Shown here: one piece after another, positions 33,543-43,346 of the stretch
Numbering within the stretch: the stretch's first letter is position 1
Layout of the letters: the number at the start of each line of letters is the position of its first letter
Assembly (NCBI GenBank): GCA_000002435.2
Contig: CM018793.1
Length of the DNA stretch: 64,000 nt
Source of the DNA: Giardia intestinalis
Lineage: Eukaryota
Strand: one strand, 5' to 3'
Position numbers and translations under genes: made by a program
The notes under the pieces: model-generated
The model's input: only the letters and a program-made list of their open reading frames with translations
Databases searched by the model: none
What the model was told of the DNA's origin: nothing

Positions 33543-33764
33543 GCATCAACCATTCTATTAACAATTGTATGATCTCTGTAGCTATTGCTGAAGGTCTTTG
33601 AGGATGACCCTCTAGTGAAAGCTTAGACCGAGATAGAAGGTGAAAAGCAGGCTGACTTTTCATCAGGCGACACGACTCTGCTAATTCATTGTTTCGGCTA
33701 TCTACAGGTATATTTCGCAATTTAGATTCATGTCCCTGGCCTGTCTGACTCAGTATCTCCTTGC

Positions 33765-36700
33765 TCCCTCTGATAGCATCTCCTCGCTCTTCCTTGACTA
33801 GATCCACCCTGATTCTCTCATACCTACTAGTCACATTCAGAACAGTGACTAGTCAGCAATTACGTCTGACTCTTATACCCTTCCTTATGAAGAGCACCAT
33901 GGCCTCCAGACCCGCTGGGAGGATGCTGGGCTCTCAGAAGAAGGGACCGAGCACTTGTATATCTTTCTTGGACGTTGGGCCTTGAGCATTTGCCATCCTT
34001 GGCTAAGGGCTCCACTGTGGTGTGACTGGATATACTCATGCTTATCTATGGCTGATCTCGCAATGATGGACCAGAGGCTATCCCTGAAGACCACAGCTCC
34101 ATATCCTTCATCAACCAAGTTACTTGAAGCAAAAAGATTAGCCTCATGTCGGCCATCCACGATCATACAAGCCCTGTAACATACGCACCGAGTACTTGTG
34201 CGCCCCTTGCGGTGTGTGGGCATTGTGCTGCAACATGGGAGAAGGCTGGGACCAGGCAGCCACTCATAGTGTGTCAATAAAGCACCAGCTGCTTCCAGAT
34301 TTGACAATGATAACAGCGAAGAGGTGCGTCCGGTGGCTGTCTGATTGGCCGTTCTTGGCTGCTGTGCCCACTATTGCCTTTACTTAGCTTTAGGCAGATG
34401 CACTAAACAGCTAGCTCCCGACTACCCGAGCAGGAAGTGATAAATAGGGCACACCTCTGAACGAGCACGTATCAGTACAGAATACTTTGTTTCCAGCTGG
34501 AGGTATCTTATATCGGGCGACGGGGCTGGTTGTGGTGCATCCCGCCACCAGATGGCTTCCGTCGGTTTCCCGTACGTCCCGTGCCAATCTGGGTCACCTG
34601 TACGCGCCCAGGATGAAGCTGTAATACTAACCAGATGGCCACAGCATCCTGTGCCCAGGTTACTAGACTTCGGAGCACACCTGCATGTCCGCGAGGTCTG
34701 CCGCATGTGCTTCCGCGGACGGTGTGTAACTAAGGTTAGCAAGGACTCAGCGCCCAGCAGAGGGGCCGGAGAGCGCATGAGGATCCGACTGGCCTGACAG
34801 GCAGTGCAGGCCCGTACTGTCTCTAGCAGTCAGCCTCCACCCTTCCTGTGTCTGGATGTAGCACCACAGGGTCCGTGTCCTGCTCGTTGAGTAAGAGGCC
34901 CTTAGAACGCATACAGTGCCAGGGCAGGTATTCTGTTGAGCCACGTAGAGATACTTGTAATGAGAGCATAACGCTTGATCTCTTTTCTTGTGGCATCCAA
35001 GATAGCTGGTGCGCGGCCAGCGGTGAGCAGAGAACTGGAAGGCATAGTCACGCGATCTAGCCACTCTCCGTACCCATGAATCGTGGTATTGTTTATCCAA
35101 ATTCTTGGCTAGTATGGCGCCCGTCGTAGGCAGTATTAGTATTGGACACAGGAAGCTTCAATAGCCGGCTCGCCACCGGATCGACGTAGGCTACAGAGGT
35201 GCCATTGATCAGCAGCCAAGAGAACTACTTGTTCCTGCTTTGTCATGTGTACATATAAATGAAGCTCCCGGCATGCAGTTCTATTGCTTCACGGAGAGCA
35301 GCGCATGATAAGGTACCAATAGAAGCAGGATCAGCCCTCAGAACACGCACGTCTCCGTCTTCATCGAGACTCTCGCCATCAAGTTTTGATGGACTGCAGC
35401 GCATCCTAGCCCATAGCAGCACCTTCTGTGTAAGGATGGAGCCGCAGTAGAACAGCCCCGCGGAGCTCTCATGGCCGGCAGTCGACCGTGTCACTAGCTA
35501 CTACTTCCCAGACATGGCTAGCCTCCCATGCTGGCGTAACTGGCTATAGTATGTGATACACATCGTAGTAGTACCCCTTAATTGACTAAGCACGTGCCGG
35601 AGGGCTCCGCGGTGATCCCTCCTGAATCTAGCATTACCTTCTAGAAGCTATCCGTTCGACACACTGCAATCAGTGGGTGCAGAAAGGCAAGTGCTAGCAA
35701 GACAGCCTACAGGGCACTGGTTAGCATTCTGGGGGCTAGAAGCTACCTAACTGCCTTCGACCCAAACGCGACATCTCATCTATTCAAGAGACTGCGCGTG
35801 GTCCTTTGGTAAACGCTAATCCCCTAGATGCATGCTGCCTAGTCAGCTTATCGACCAAATTCCGTGTGCTGGTTGGCAGGGGTCGCATGTTGGTAGCTGT
35901 CCCCAGATGTTTGCCCTCGAGGACGACTCCAGCACTGCCTCGGGCGCGATCTTTTTCCTCGGCAAGAGACCGTTCCGCTTATCCCATTTCGATTGGTCAG
36001 CCCTTGTACACAGCCCCGGCGATAGACCAATTGTAACAAGCTAAATTTACAAGCTCAAGTCTTTTGTGCATTGCACAGCCCCACCGACCGCCAGTTCGGC
36101 CATCCTACGGCGGAAACTCCTTAACTCGTTCCGAATTAGGAAGAGAAGCGCCGTCAGGCCCCGCCAGTACTGCGATCGGAGACGTCGTGGGAACACGGGG
36201 TGCCGAACTTTCCCAGCGCGCCTGCTGCCCACCTTCGCCGAGTTCGTTGGGAGCGCAGGCAGGCTTGAAGGGCGGCGAGTGCGCAGGTGGGTATATCGCC
36301 GAGGCGAGGTATGGGGCTCCTTCGACGCCTATACCAGCTGGCTAGCAAGTCACCTCAATATAAAGAAAGACCTTCAGGTAACCCTTACTTCGAAGGAGCT
36401 CCTCTGCTATAGGCATCTGTGAAAGCGTCCGCTGTGGCGCGTCTGCAAGATATGGAATGGAGTAACAGGGTGCTTGAAACAGTTTGCAGTCTTCAGAATA
36501 GCCTACTTGCGTGCCAATGCAACACCGCGGAGCAACGTGCATGGGTCTCAGCGGTGTGCGTCACTCACGTTGGAAGGGTGTGCGGCCGCATGCTTGATGT
36601 GGCACGGCTGTAATCCGCAAGGAGCGCTCCCTGGTTCTTTCTCGAAGTAATTGGAGGTACAAGAACAGCCATATCACGGATGTACAAACCACCCACCAAT

Positions 36701-38735
36701 AGGCACGTGTGATGCTAGCGAGACACTCCTTAAAGGATTGCTGATCCATAGCGGTTACTTTTAGGCGAGCCCGAGGTACTGCCTTCTTGCTCGGAGAAGC
36801 ACATGTGATAGCGGTCCAGGTTGTTTGCAAAGATCTGTGATCTAGGGGCCGCGCTGTACGGGCAGGGTTAAGTACTTCTGCGCATATCTACGCGGTATCT
36901 GAAGACTCTTACAGATACGCATGAACTAGTTACTTGGCATATGCTAGTACGCATCACAGTAGGTGGAGAGCCGAGACGATACCTTTTGGGTACGTTCTTC
37001 TACGCATTTGACCACAGATCCTACTATGGCTGCGCCGAGACAGGGAACGCGTGTCTTGCAGAGAGGCCGTACATTATGGTTAAGCAGAACACCGAGATGC
37101 AGCTTCTATGGGTAGAAGTGCAAGGTGGCATGTGCTGTTGATTGGTGAGTCAGTGGCCAGCTTATCAGCGTCAGAATGCGGCCTTGGCTAACGTTAGGTA
37201 GATTAGCTCTCTCTGCAGAGGGTTGTAGAGCTCAGACAGGCCCATAGCAAGCAGAAATCAGGGCACGCAATGTGTGAAGGTACTTAGCCATTAATCCTAG
37301 ACTGTGTGTACAAAAACGCGTCGTTGCTGCCTTGTATCAAGCAGAAGGATATAAGCACCAGTGTGTACACGTTTCTTGCTATCAACTTTCTTGCATAAGC
37401 CCCGCAGTCCATGCAAGAAAGCAAAACAGCGCACTACACGACCTAGCACTACGACTTGTAGGGTTCTCTGTGCTGCGCAAGTATACAGGACAAGTGCAGC
37501 CCGGCTCTTCCTTAGAACAAGAGCTGTATCCCGATGTGATCCTCAGCTGCACGATAGTAGGGAAGGATGCGTCGGCCTTCTAGGGAAAGCCTATGGTCGC
37601 TGGAGCTGAGGACAAGGCAAGGCGATTCTGGTCTGGAGTAGTCTAGGTGGGCTCTACTGCAGCACAGATATGTTTCACGTGGTTTGCGAGATCACCGCAG
37701 TGAGTAGCTGTATAGAGCGTCAGATGAAGGCCGTCACGGAAGGATTGCAAAGGACGACTAGCAGAAAGCTGTAATGTTAGTAACCATTCTAATTGAAGAA
37801 GCCTGGCGTGCACAATCATTCAAGATAACAGATCAACGCCCTGCACAGCCTATGGCTCCCGAATGCCACACAACTTCTGGAAGGCCTTTGTGTCAGTACT
37901 GGTCGTCACGCTACCGTCCAGGGCCCACGCTTGTGCCTCTCCACTACCTGTTCTAAAAAACCAATGCCCCCCGACGTGAAGCTTTCAGAAACCATGAAGA
38001 AGAACTATGCAGGACTACAGGAAACGGATCTCCGGAATGTCTACGTCGTCGTATGCATGCATTCGCTGAAGGCCCGGACACGTGGAATCACGGCCTCTGA
38101 GGTGAAGGACGTCCTGCAGAGGCGGGGCTACACCGCAGGAAACGTCGCCGACTCACTGAAGAAGCTCGAAACACGGCAGCTGATAGTCTCGGTACAGGAA
38201 AAGCAGGCGCGATACTATTTCCCAAAGGAGCTTTCCCGGGCCAGCGACGCCGTCTCCTCGTCCTTGGCCGGCCGGTTCAGCGATGACGAACTCTCCAAGC
38301 TGTCTGCCCTTGTGTACAAGGCGGTGGGACGCGCGCCTGTCGTCTTCGATGACATCTGCAAGGCCATTCAGAAGAACGAGGTCGGGACTCTAACACCTGA
38401 GGAGGTCCGGGTGATCGTGGGGGCCTTGATAGCAGATGGCGCTGTGGTGGAGATGCTCACAAACATGGGTCCGGCATATCGATCAGTCAACAGCGACTTC
38501 TACTCCTACTGCCCGAGCTACGACCAGGTGCCTGGACACCAGGGCATGCACGTGGCAGCAACCCCCTGCTGCAAGTGCCCTCACCTGTATGTTTGTGGCC
38601 CGGGGAGCGCCATCTCTCCCGAGCAATGTCTTTATATCAACCAGTGGCTGAGCGGGGCCGACTAGCCTGTGCTCTTTGGCTGTTCTTCCCGGCCGATTCC
38701 AGAGCCAGCCGCCGGCTCAGTCTCGGACCCGGCAG
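33765..38735. repeat. Right arm of the giant inverted repeat; mirror of 27100..32070
   Basis: See the left-arm entry. The centre of symmetry is at 32917/32918, inside the VSP CDS. Confidence 0.9.
37964..38665 (+). CDS. RPC34: RNA polymerase III subunit RPC34/RPC6, copy B; identical to copy A, in the right arm, transcribed away from the centre
   Basis: 233-aa translation identical to 27170..27871 (-). Confidence 0.7.
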   Translation: MPPDVKLSETMKKNYAGLQETDLRNVYVVVCMHSLKARTRGITASEVKDVLQRRGYTAGNVADSLKKLETRQLIVSVQEKQARYYFPKELSRASDAVSSSLAGRFSDDELSKLSALVYKAVGRAPVVFDDICKAIQKNEVGTLTPEEVRVIVGALIADGAVVEMLTNMGPAYRSVNSDFYSYCPSYDQVPGHQGMHVAATPCCKCPHLYVCGPGSAISPEQCLYINQWLSGAD

Positions 38736-39571
38736 AAGGACGAGGCGCCGACTGCACGTCTGCATAGCATAGAGCTCCATCACTAGCGAGTGTTTCAATA
38801 AGCTTTAACTTACTGAACCTTTGACTCTGTCTTTAGCGCTCTTGTGTAATTAAGACTTAGAAGGATACGTACTACCTTTAATACTAGATATTTAGAAAGG
38901 CTCAGCATATTTTAGATATGATTACTTTCACTCTCATTAAACCCAGGACTACGCTCATGGAACGTCTGAGCTTATATGCCTCCATATTTTGTAATATAAC
39001 TTAGATATTTATGAATCTTAATGTAAATATAATGTTTTGCTTAGGGCTTATCCATTTTTAATGTGTAGCAGCCTATTCAGGGTGGGCTGGCTTTAGCGTT
39101 AGCAATGAGCTCAATCATTACTGCTAAAACTTTTGCCATCGAGGAGAAGAGGGTGACTTTTTGGATTTTAAAAGCACTTATGAGCATTCTGTTAGAAACT
39201 TAACAGTAATTTATTTCCTGAGATTGATACTTCTGATTTTAAATCTGAATTTCCTTTACTAGTCTATTGCTTTCCCGTCAAAATGAGCTTAGTGATTTGC
39301 AAAATACGATAGTACTTCAATTTTAGAGTGGTCACTGTCAGAGTGATGCTTCACGTCTACGCCACTTCTTTGGAGCTTATACAGTGATGATTTTAGAGCT
39401 ACATTATCACCTTGCTCTCTATCCATGAACTGAAGGAAGGCATTCTACATCCTTGTTCTCATCCTAAGTGTTAGTGCAAGCATAATGGGGAATTAGAACT
39501 ACTCGCGAGACGGCATTGTCACACTAGTCTACTGAAGTTTCCTGGGGCACCGTAATTTAAAAATCACAACT

Positions 39572-41182
39572 ATGGCTTCAGAGCCGTGTTCCAAGAGCCA
39601 ACAACTATCGACATCTATTCAAGTAACAGAAAGTGAGGCACGTCTTTTCAACACTCTTTTGGCTGCCATAGCCTCGGTCAATAAGCAAGATACTACACTG
39701 CGTGTGGCAGGGGGGTGGGTTCGTGACAAGCTACTCGGGTATGAATCTCATGACATAGACATAGCGGTAGATAACATGACGGGCGTTGAATTAGGTACGA
39801 TCATCAACGAGTACATAACATCTCAGGGAGAGACTGTGCACAAAATGGGGGTCGTAAGTCAAAACCCGGAGAAGTCTAAACATCTAGAAACAGCTTGTAT
39901 AACAGTGTGTGGTTATGACGTGGATTTGGTAAATCTACGTGCGGAGTCTTATCAGGAAACTAGCAGAGTCCCCAGTGCAATAAAGTTTGGGAGCCCCCAT
40001 GAAGATGCGTTGCGTAGAGACTTTACAGTCAATGCGCTGTTTTATAATATAAATACAAGAGAGATTGAAGATTTTACAGGCCAAGGGCTTGCAGATTTAA
40101 AAAGTAGATTGATTAGAACACCATTAGATTATAATATAACCTTTTATGACGATCCTCTCCGCATACTTAGAGCTATTCGTTTCTCGAAGAGGCTGGGTTT
40201 CGAGTTGGACAAAAAGATGTATCAGGCAGTAGAAAGTAAAGAGCTTACAGCAAGATTGCAGATAGTTTCTAGACAGCGATACAACAAGGAGCTTATAGAA
40301 ATCCTCTCAGGAGAGACTGCACTTTGTGGCCTTCGTGGTCTATTTAATATGCACATATTTGAGGAGATCTTTCTGTACATTCTAAACACTTCTATGAATA
40401 AAGAGCTGAATGTACACTCAATATATCAGAGAACAGTGGAAATCTGGGAAGAGTATTCTACTGCTGCGCAGAAGGTAAAAGAAAAGCTCTACATTGATGC
40501 TCTGAAGGTTAATTTAGACACACTCTACTACTTCATTTCACTACTTTCTATCGGGCTGGCTATTAACGAGGCGCTGCTTGACCAGGATGCTTCAACCTCC
40601 GCTGCAGACGTATCAATAGCTGTTAGGTTCCTTGATGAGCCGGTGAAGGGGAATCAGAGTTGTAAAACAATGCCCATCATGTGGTATGTAGCTAGAGTCT
40701 GCTGTGCTTCAACAAACACCGTTGCAGAGACGTTGTCGGATGCTCATATGTACAGGGCTTCTCTTGGATTAAAAGACCTAGCCCCTGAGGAACACATTCT
40801 ATTGTTCAGAGGATACAACAAACATGCTGTCCTTCTCTCTCTTTGTACACTGGCTCTTACCCCACACTTTGAAGATCTAGTAGTCACATACAGACTGGAC
40901 AAACCTGCACATCTTTTGGTCTTGCTAGATGCAAAGCTTAATGTGAATGTCCCACAGCTAGCACTCCTTTGTGATATCAAAGATAAGCGGAGGTTCCGAC
41001 GCGTAAAAGAGGCAGCAATCCTTTGTTATCTTTCAGACAGTGTTCTTCTAGAGTCTCTCAAAACACACAGTCTATTAAGGCCAGAATTCACATTCGAGTA
41101 CTGTAAGAACAAACTAGATGACATACTGAGGATCTTGCAAAACATGCAGAACGGTAGAGATGATGTGCCAATAGACAAATGA
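39572..41182 (+). CDS. CCA-adding tRNA nucleotidyltransferase
   Basis: Class-II nucleotidyltransferase head motifs are present: GGWVRDKLLG..HDIDIA, RRDFTVNALFYN and DPLRILRAIRF. An ATG follows taatttaaaaatcacaact. Confidence 0.85.
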   Translation: MASEPCSKSQQLSTSIQVTESEARLFNTLLAAIASVNKQDTTLRVAGGWVRDKLLGYESHDIDIAVDNMTGVELGTIINEYITSQGETVHKMGVVSQNPEKSKHLETACITVCGYDVDLVNLRAESYQETSRVPSAIKFGSPHEDALRRDFTVNALFYNINTREIEDFTGQGLADLKSRLIRTPLDYNITFYDDPLRILRAIRFSKRLGFELDKKMYQAVESKELTARLQIVSRQRYNKELIEILSGETALCGLRGLFNMHIFEEIFLYILNTSMNKELNVHSIYQRTVEIWEEYSTAAQKVKEKLYIDALKVNLDTLYYFISLLSIGLAINEALLDQDASTSAADVSIAVRFLDEPVKGNQSCKTMPIMWYVARVCCASTNTVAETLSDAHMYRASLGLKDLAPEEHILLFRGYNKHAVLLSLCTLALTPHFEDLVVTYRLDKPAHLLVLLDAKLNVNVPQLALLCDIKDKRRFRRVKEAAILCYLSDSVLLESLKTHSLLRPEFTFEYCKNKLDDILRILQNMQNGRDDVPIDK

Positions 41183-41254
41183 ATGGTGAGCGAGCTTACT
41201 AGATAATGTAGAGTAAGTAGCCGCTTTTATCGGTGCAACTTGTAATATGATAGA

Positions 41255-43225
41255 TTAATATGGGATATTTAGAATGTTTGCAAGGCGAATCATGGCGTCT
41301 TTTCCACCTTGAGCTATATGATAGAACTGAGGTGAGCCTATACGAGAAGTGGTCCGCGCACGCTTTCTTTCAGGGTTGATTCTGAATAGACTACACGGAA
41401 TGTCGCTCTTAGCGCATCGTCTGAGAATACTGTTGAACTCGTGGCGAATAGTTGGTATGCGAACTCCGCAACCTATTTCAAGTAGACAGACCTTTCTATT
41501 TTTATTTCTAAACAATTGTCTTTTGAACGAGTTGTACTTTTCTTCTTCGTCAGTGAGTTCCATGAACATTGCATCATCAAACATAAGTACTCTGGGGCGA
41601 AGATAGTACTTACAGTGCGGACAGATTGGATGTCCATCGTTATTTTGTGATGCAATCGGTCTTACTGACTCATATATCTTCTTGTAATTAGATTCGATAT
41701 GGATTGGGTCATGCACTGCAACACATCCACGTTCGCCCTTATTCATTGAAGATGCACTAGGGGGTGACAAAGTATCCTTGCTCATTGGCAATGACTCTTC
41801 CTCTACGCGTATCTCTTTAGTGGTATCGTCAGTCACACTCAGAGACTGAGCTGGGCGTTCTACTGCATCGCATACTTTGGGGGCACTCTTTGCTGAGTGT
41901 GCACCCTCTTGGTTCAGTACGGGAGTGCTTGTTGTAGTAGAAGTAGAAAGTGATGATAGGCTGCACACCCTTTTGGCCTCGTGCCTTATTGCTAAGTAGT
42001 CTATTCCCTGCTTAGCTAGTGCATCGTGTAGAGCGCCCCTTGTCTGTGAATTACGACTACATTGGGAATACACTCTGTCATACACCTCTCTTCTAACCAT
42101 GGGAGACCCCCTTTTAGTATCCACTTGCACTGGTGGATTGGTAGTGTTCAGAGGAGCCACTGGCCTGACTACAGAGGCTTCCTGCACAGGTGATAGAGGA
42201 ACTACTTGAGAGCAGCTAGACGAATCTTGCACCGCGTTATCTCCATAGTATGAGAAATACAGTTGAGAAAACACTGATGTATTCTTACCAGGCTTTGTAA
42301 ATCTCGATAGAATAGGAGGTGGCCTGGGAATAGCGACTGATGTGGTAGACGTAGTAGATGAATACCCGGGTCCGCTCCTGATAGCATGTACAGTGCTGCC
42401 AGTAGAACAGCGCATTGTTTGCTTGTTAATATTAAATCTATAATAGAACGGAAGCCGATAGATTGAATCTATTCTACACGACCGGGAGCATTGCCAGTCC
42501 ATGCATGTTCCGTGAAACTCATAAAAGTGCTGCCTTGACACCCCGATTTTTTCAAAATGAGAATCTACGTTACTCGAATAGATGTAAATGTGCTTGTTAG
42601 GATATGCTGCTATCATGTTCTTAATAATTGTGTACCCCTCGTGAGGTGTAGTGTCTCTGTAGGAGTTAAAGCAATATCCCCAAAAACCGTAGAACACCTC
42701 TGGGTTTCTCTGAAGCCAGATGGGGTCACAGAGGGTAGCATAGTCAACCCCCATAAGGTCATAGGCAGGTACCCTTGCAATATCCTTGTATACCGCTAGG
42801 CCAGAGTCTGCTGAAAACCCTGCCCCAGTCCCTATAAGGATATAATTGGCCTCTTTGATAGTTTGAGCCAGGGTAGTGATAGCCGCCTCATCTCGGTCAA
42901 TTTGAGTGTCGTCACAAAGAGCAGCACCCGAAGAGGCAGGTGTTTCCGAGGGAGCTGTGGTTGGGCGCAGGTCACTCTCATTGGGCTTGGTTTTCCGTAG
43001 GCTGGACTGTGACTGTGATTTACCTAATGTCCGCACTTTAGGCCCTCCTTTAGATAAGGGTGTTTGAGCAGCGGGCCGAGAAGTTGGTGCTGTTGATGAT
43101 TGGGCTGGATGGTTCCGGCACGCTGTTGTGTTAGGTCTTCGTTTCTCAGCTGGCGCAGTTCTTACAGAAGGCTGAGCTGACAGCTTAGGAGTTGTTGCAG
43201 CAGCTAAGCGCTCATACACATTCAT
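41255..43225 (-). CDS. Sir2-family NAD-dependent deacetylase (sirtuin) with long S/T/P-rich insertions
   Basis: GTGAGFSADSGLAVYKD (GAGIS-like NAD loop). ..NVDSHFEKIG..FHGTCMDWQCSRSC (HG plus the first Cys pair). CPHCKYYLRPRVLMFDD (second Cys pair and VxFGE-like motif), reached only about 280 aa later. The N-terminus is low-complexity. Confidence 0.55.
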   Translation of the reverse strand: MNVYERLAAATTPKLSAQPSVRTAPAEKRRPNTTACRNHPAQSSTAPTSRPAAQTPLSKGGPKVRTLGKSQSQSSLRKTKPNESDLRPTTAPSETPASSGAALCDDTQIDRDEAAITTLAQTIKEANYILIGTGAGFSADSGLAVYKDIARVPAYDLMGVDYATLCDPIWLQRNPEVFYGFWGYCFNSYRDTTPHEGYTIIKNMIAAYPNKHIYIYSSNVDSHFEKIGVSRQHFYEFHGTCMDWQCSRSCRIDSIYRLPFYYRFNINKQTMRCSTGSTVHAIRSGPGYSSTTSTTSVAIPRPPPILSRFTKPGKNTSVFSQLYFSYYGDNAVQDSSSCSQVVPLSPVQEASVVRPVAPLNTTNPPVQVDTKRGSPMVRREVYDRVYSQCSRNSQTRGALHDALAKQGIDYLAIRHEAKRVCSLSSLSTSTTTSTPVLNQEGAHSAKSAPKVCDAVERPAQSLSVTDDTTKEIRVEEESLPMSKDTLSPPSASSMNKGERGCVAVHDPIHIESNYKKIYESVRPIASQNNDGHPICPHCKYYLRPRVLMFDDAMFMELTDEEEKYNSFKRQLFRNKNRKVCLLEIGCGVRIPTIRHEFNSILRRCAKSDIPCSLFRINPERKRARTTSRIGSPQFYHIAQGGKDAMIRLANILNIPY

Positions 43226-43346
43226 GTATTATCGAAATTCAGGTCCCTAGAACGACAGAACACTGAAGGAGCGTCGAAGAAAGACTGCAAGCAAAAATTT
43301 ACCGAAGATTTACTAAAGAATAACTCTAGTTCTGCAGGAGAACGAC

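Noticed and set aside
32367-33834. Two long ORFs antisense to the VSP gene (32367..32984 - 205 aa; 32908..33834 - 308 aa)
   Set aside because: They lie entirely within or over the VSP coding strand. Their composition is Cys/Ala/Arg-rich, as expected from the reverse complement of GC-rich Cys/Thr/Gly codons. They have no domain, no AT-rich initiator and no poly(A) signal. They look like by-products of VSP codon bias.
27100-38735. Dismissing the palindrome outright as an assembly or chimeric-read artefact
   Set aside because: I did not dismiss it. The 1.69-kb unique spacer and the gradual decay of similarity at all four boundaries are not what missing-adapter or MDA chimeras usually give. An artefact remains possible and is recorded under the refutation criteria for the palindrome finding.
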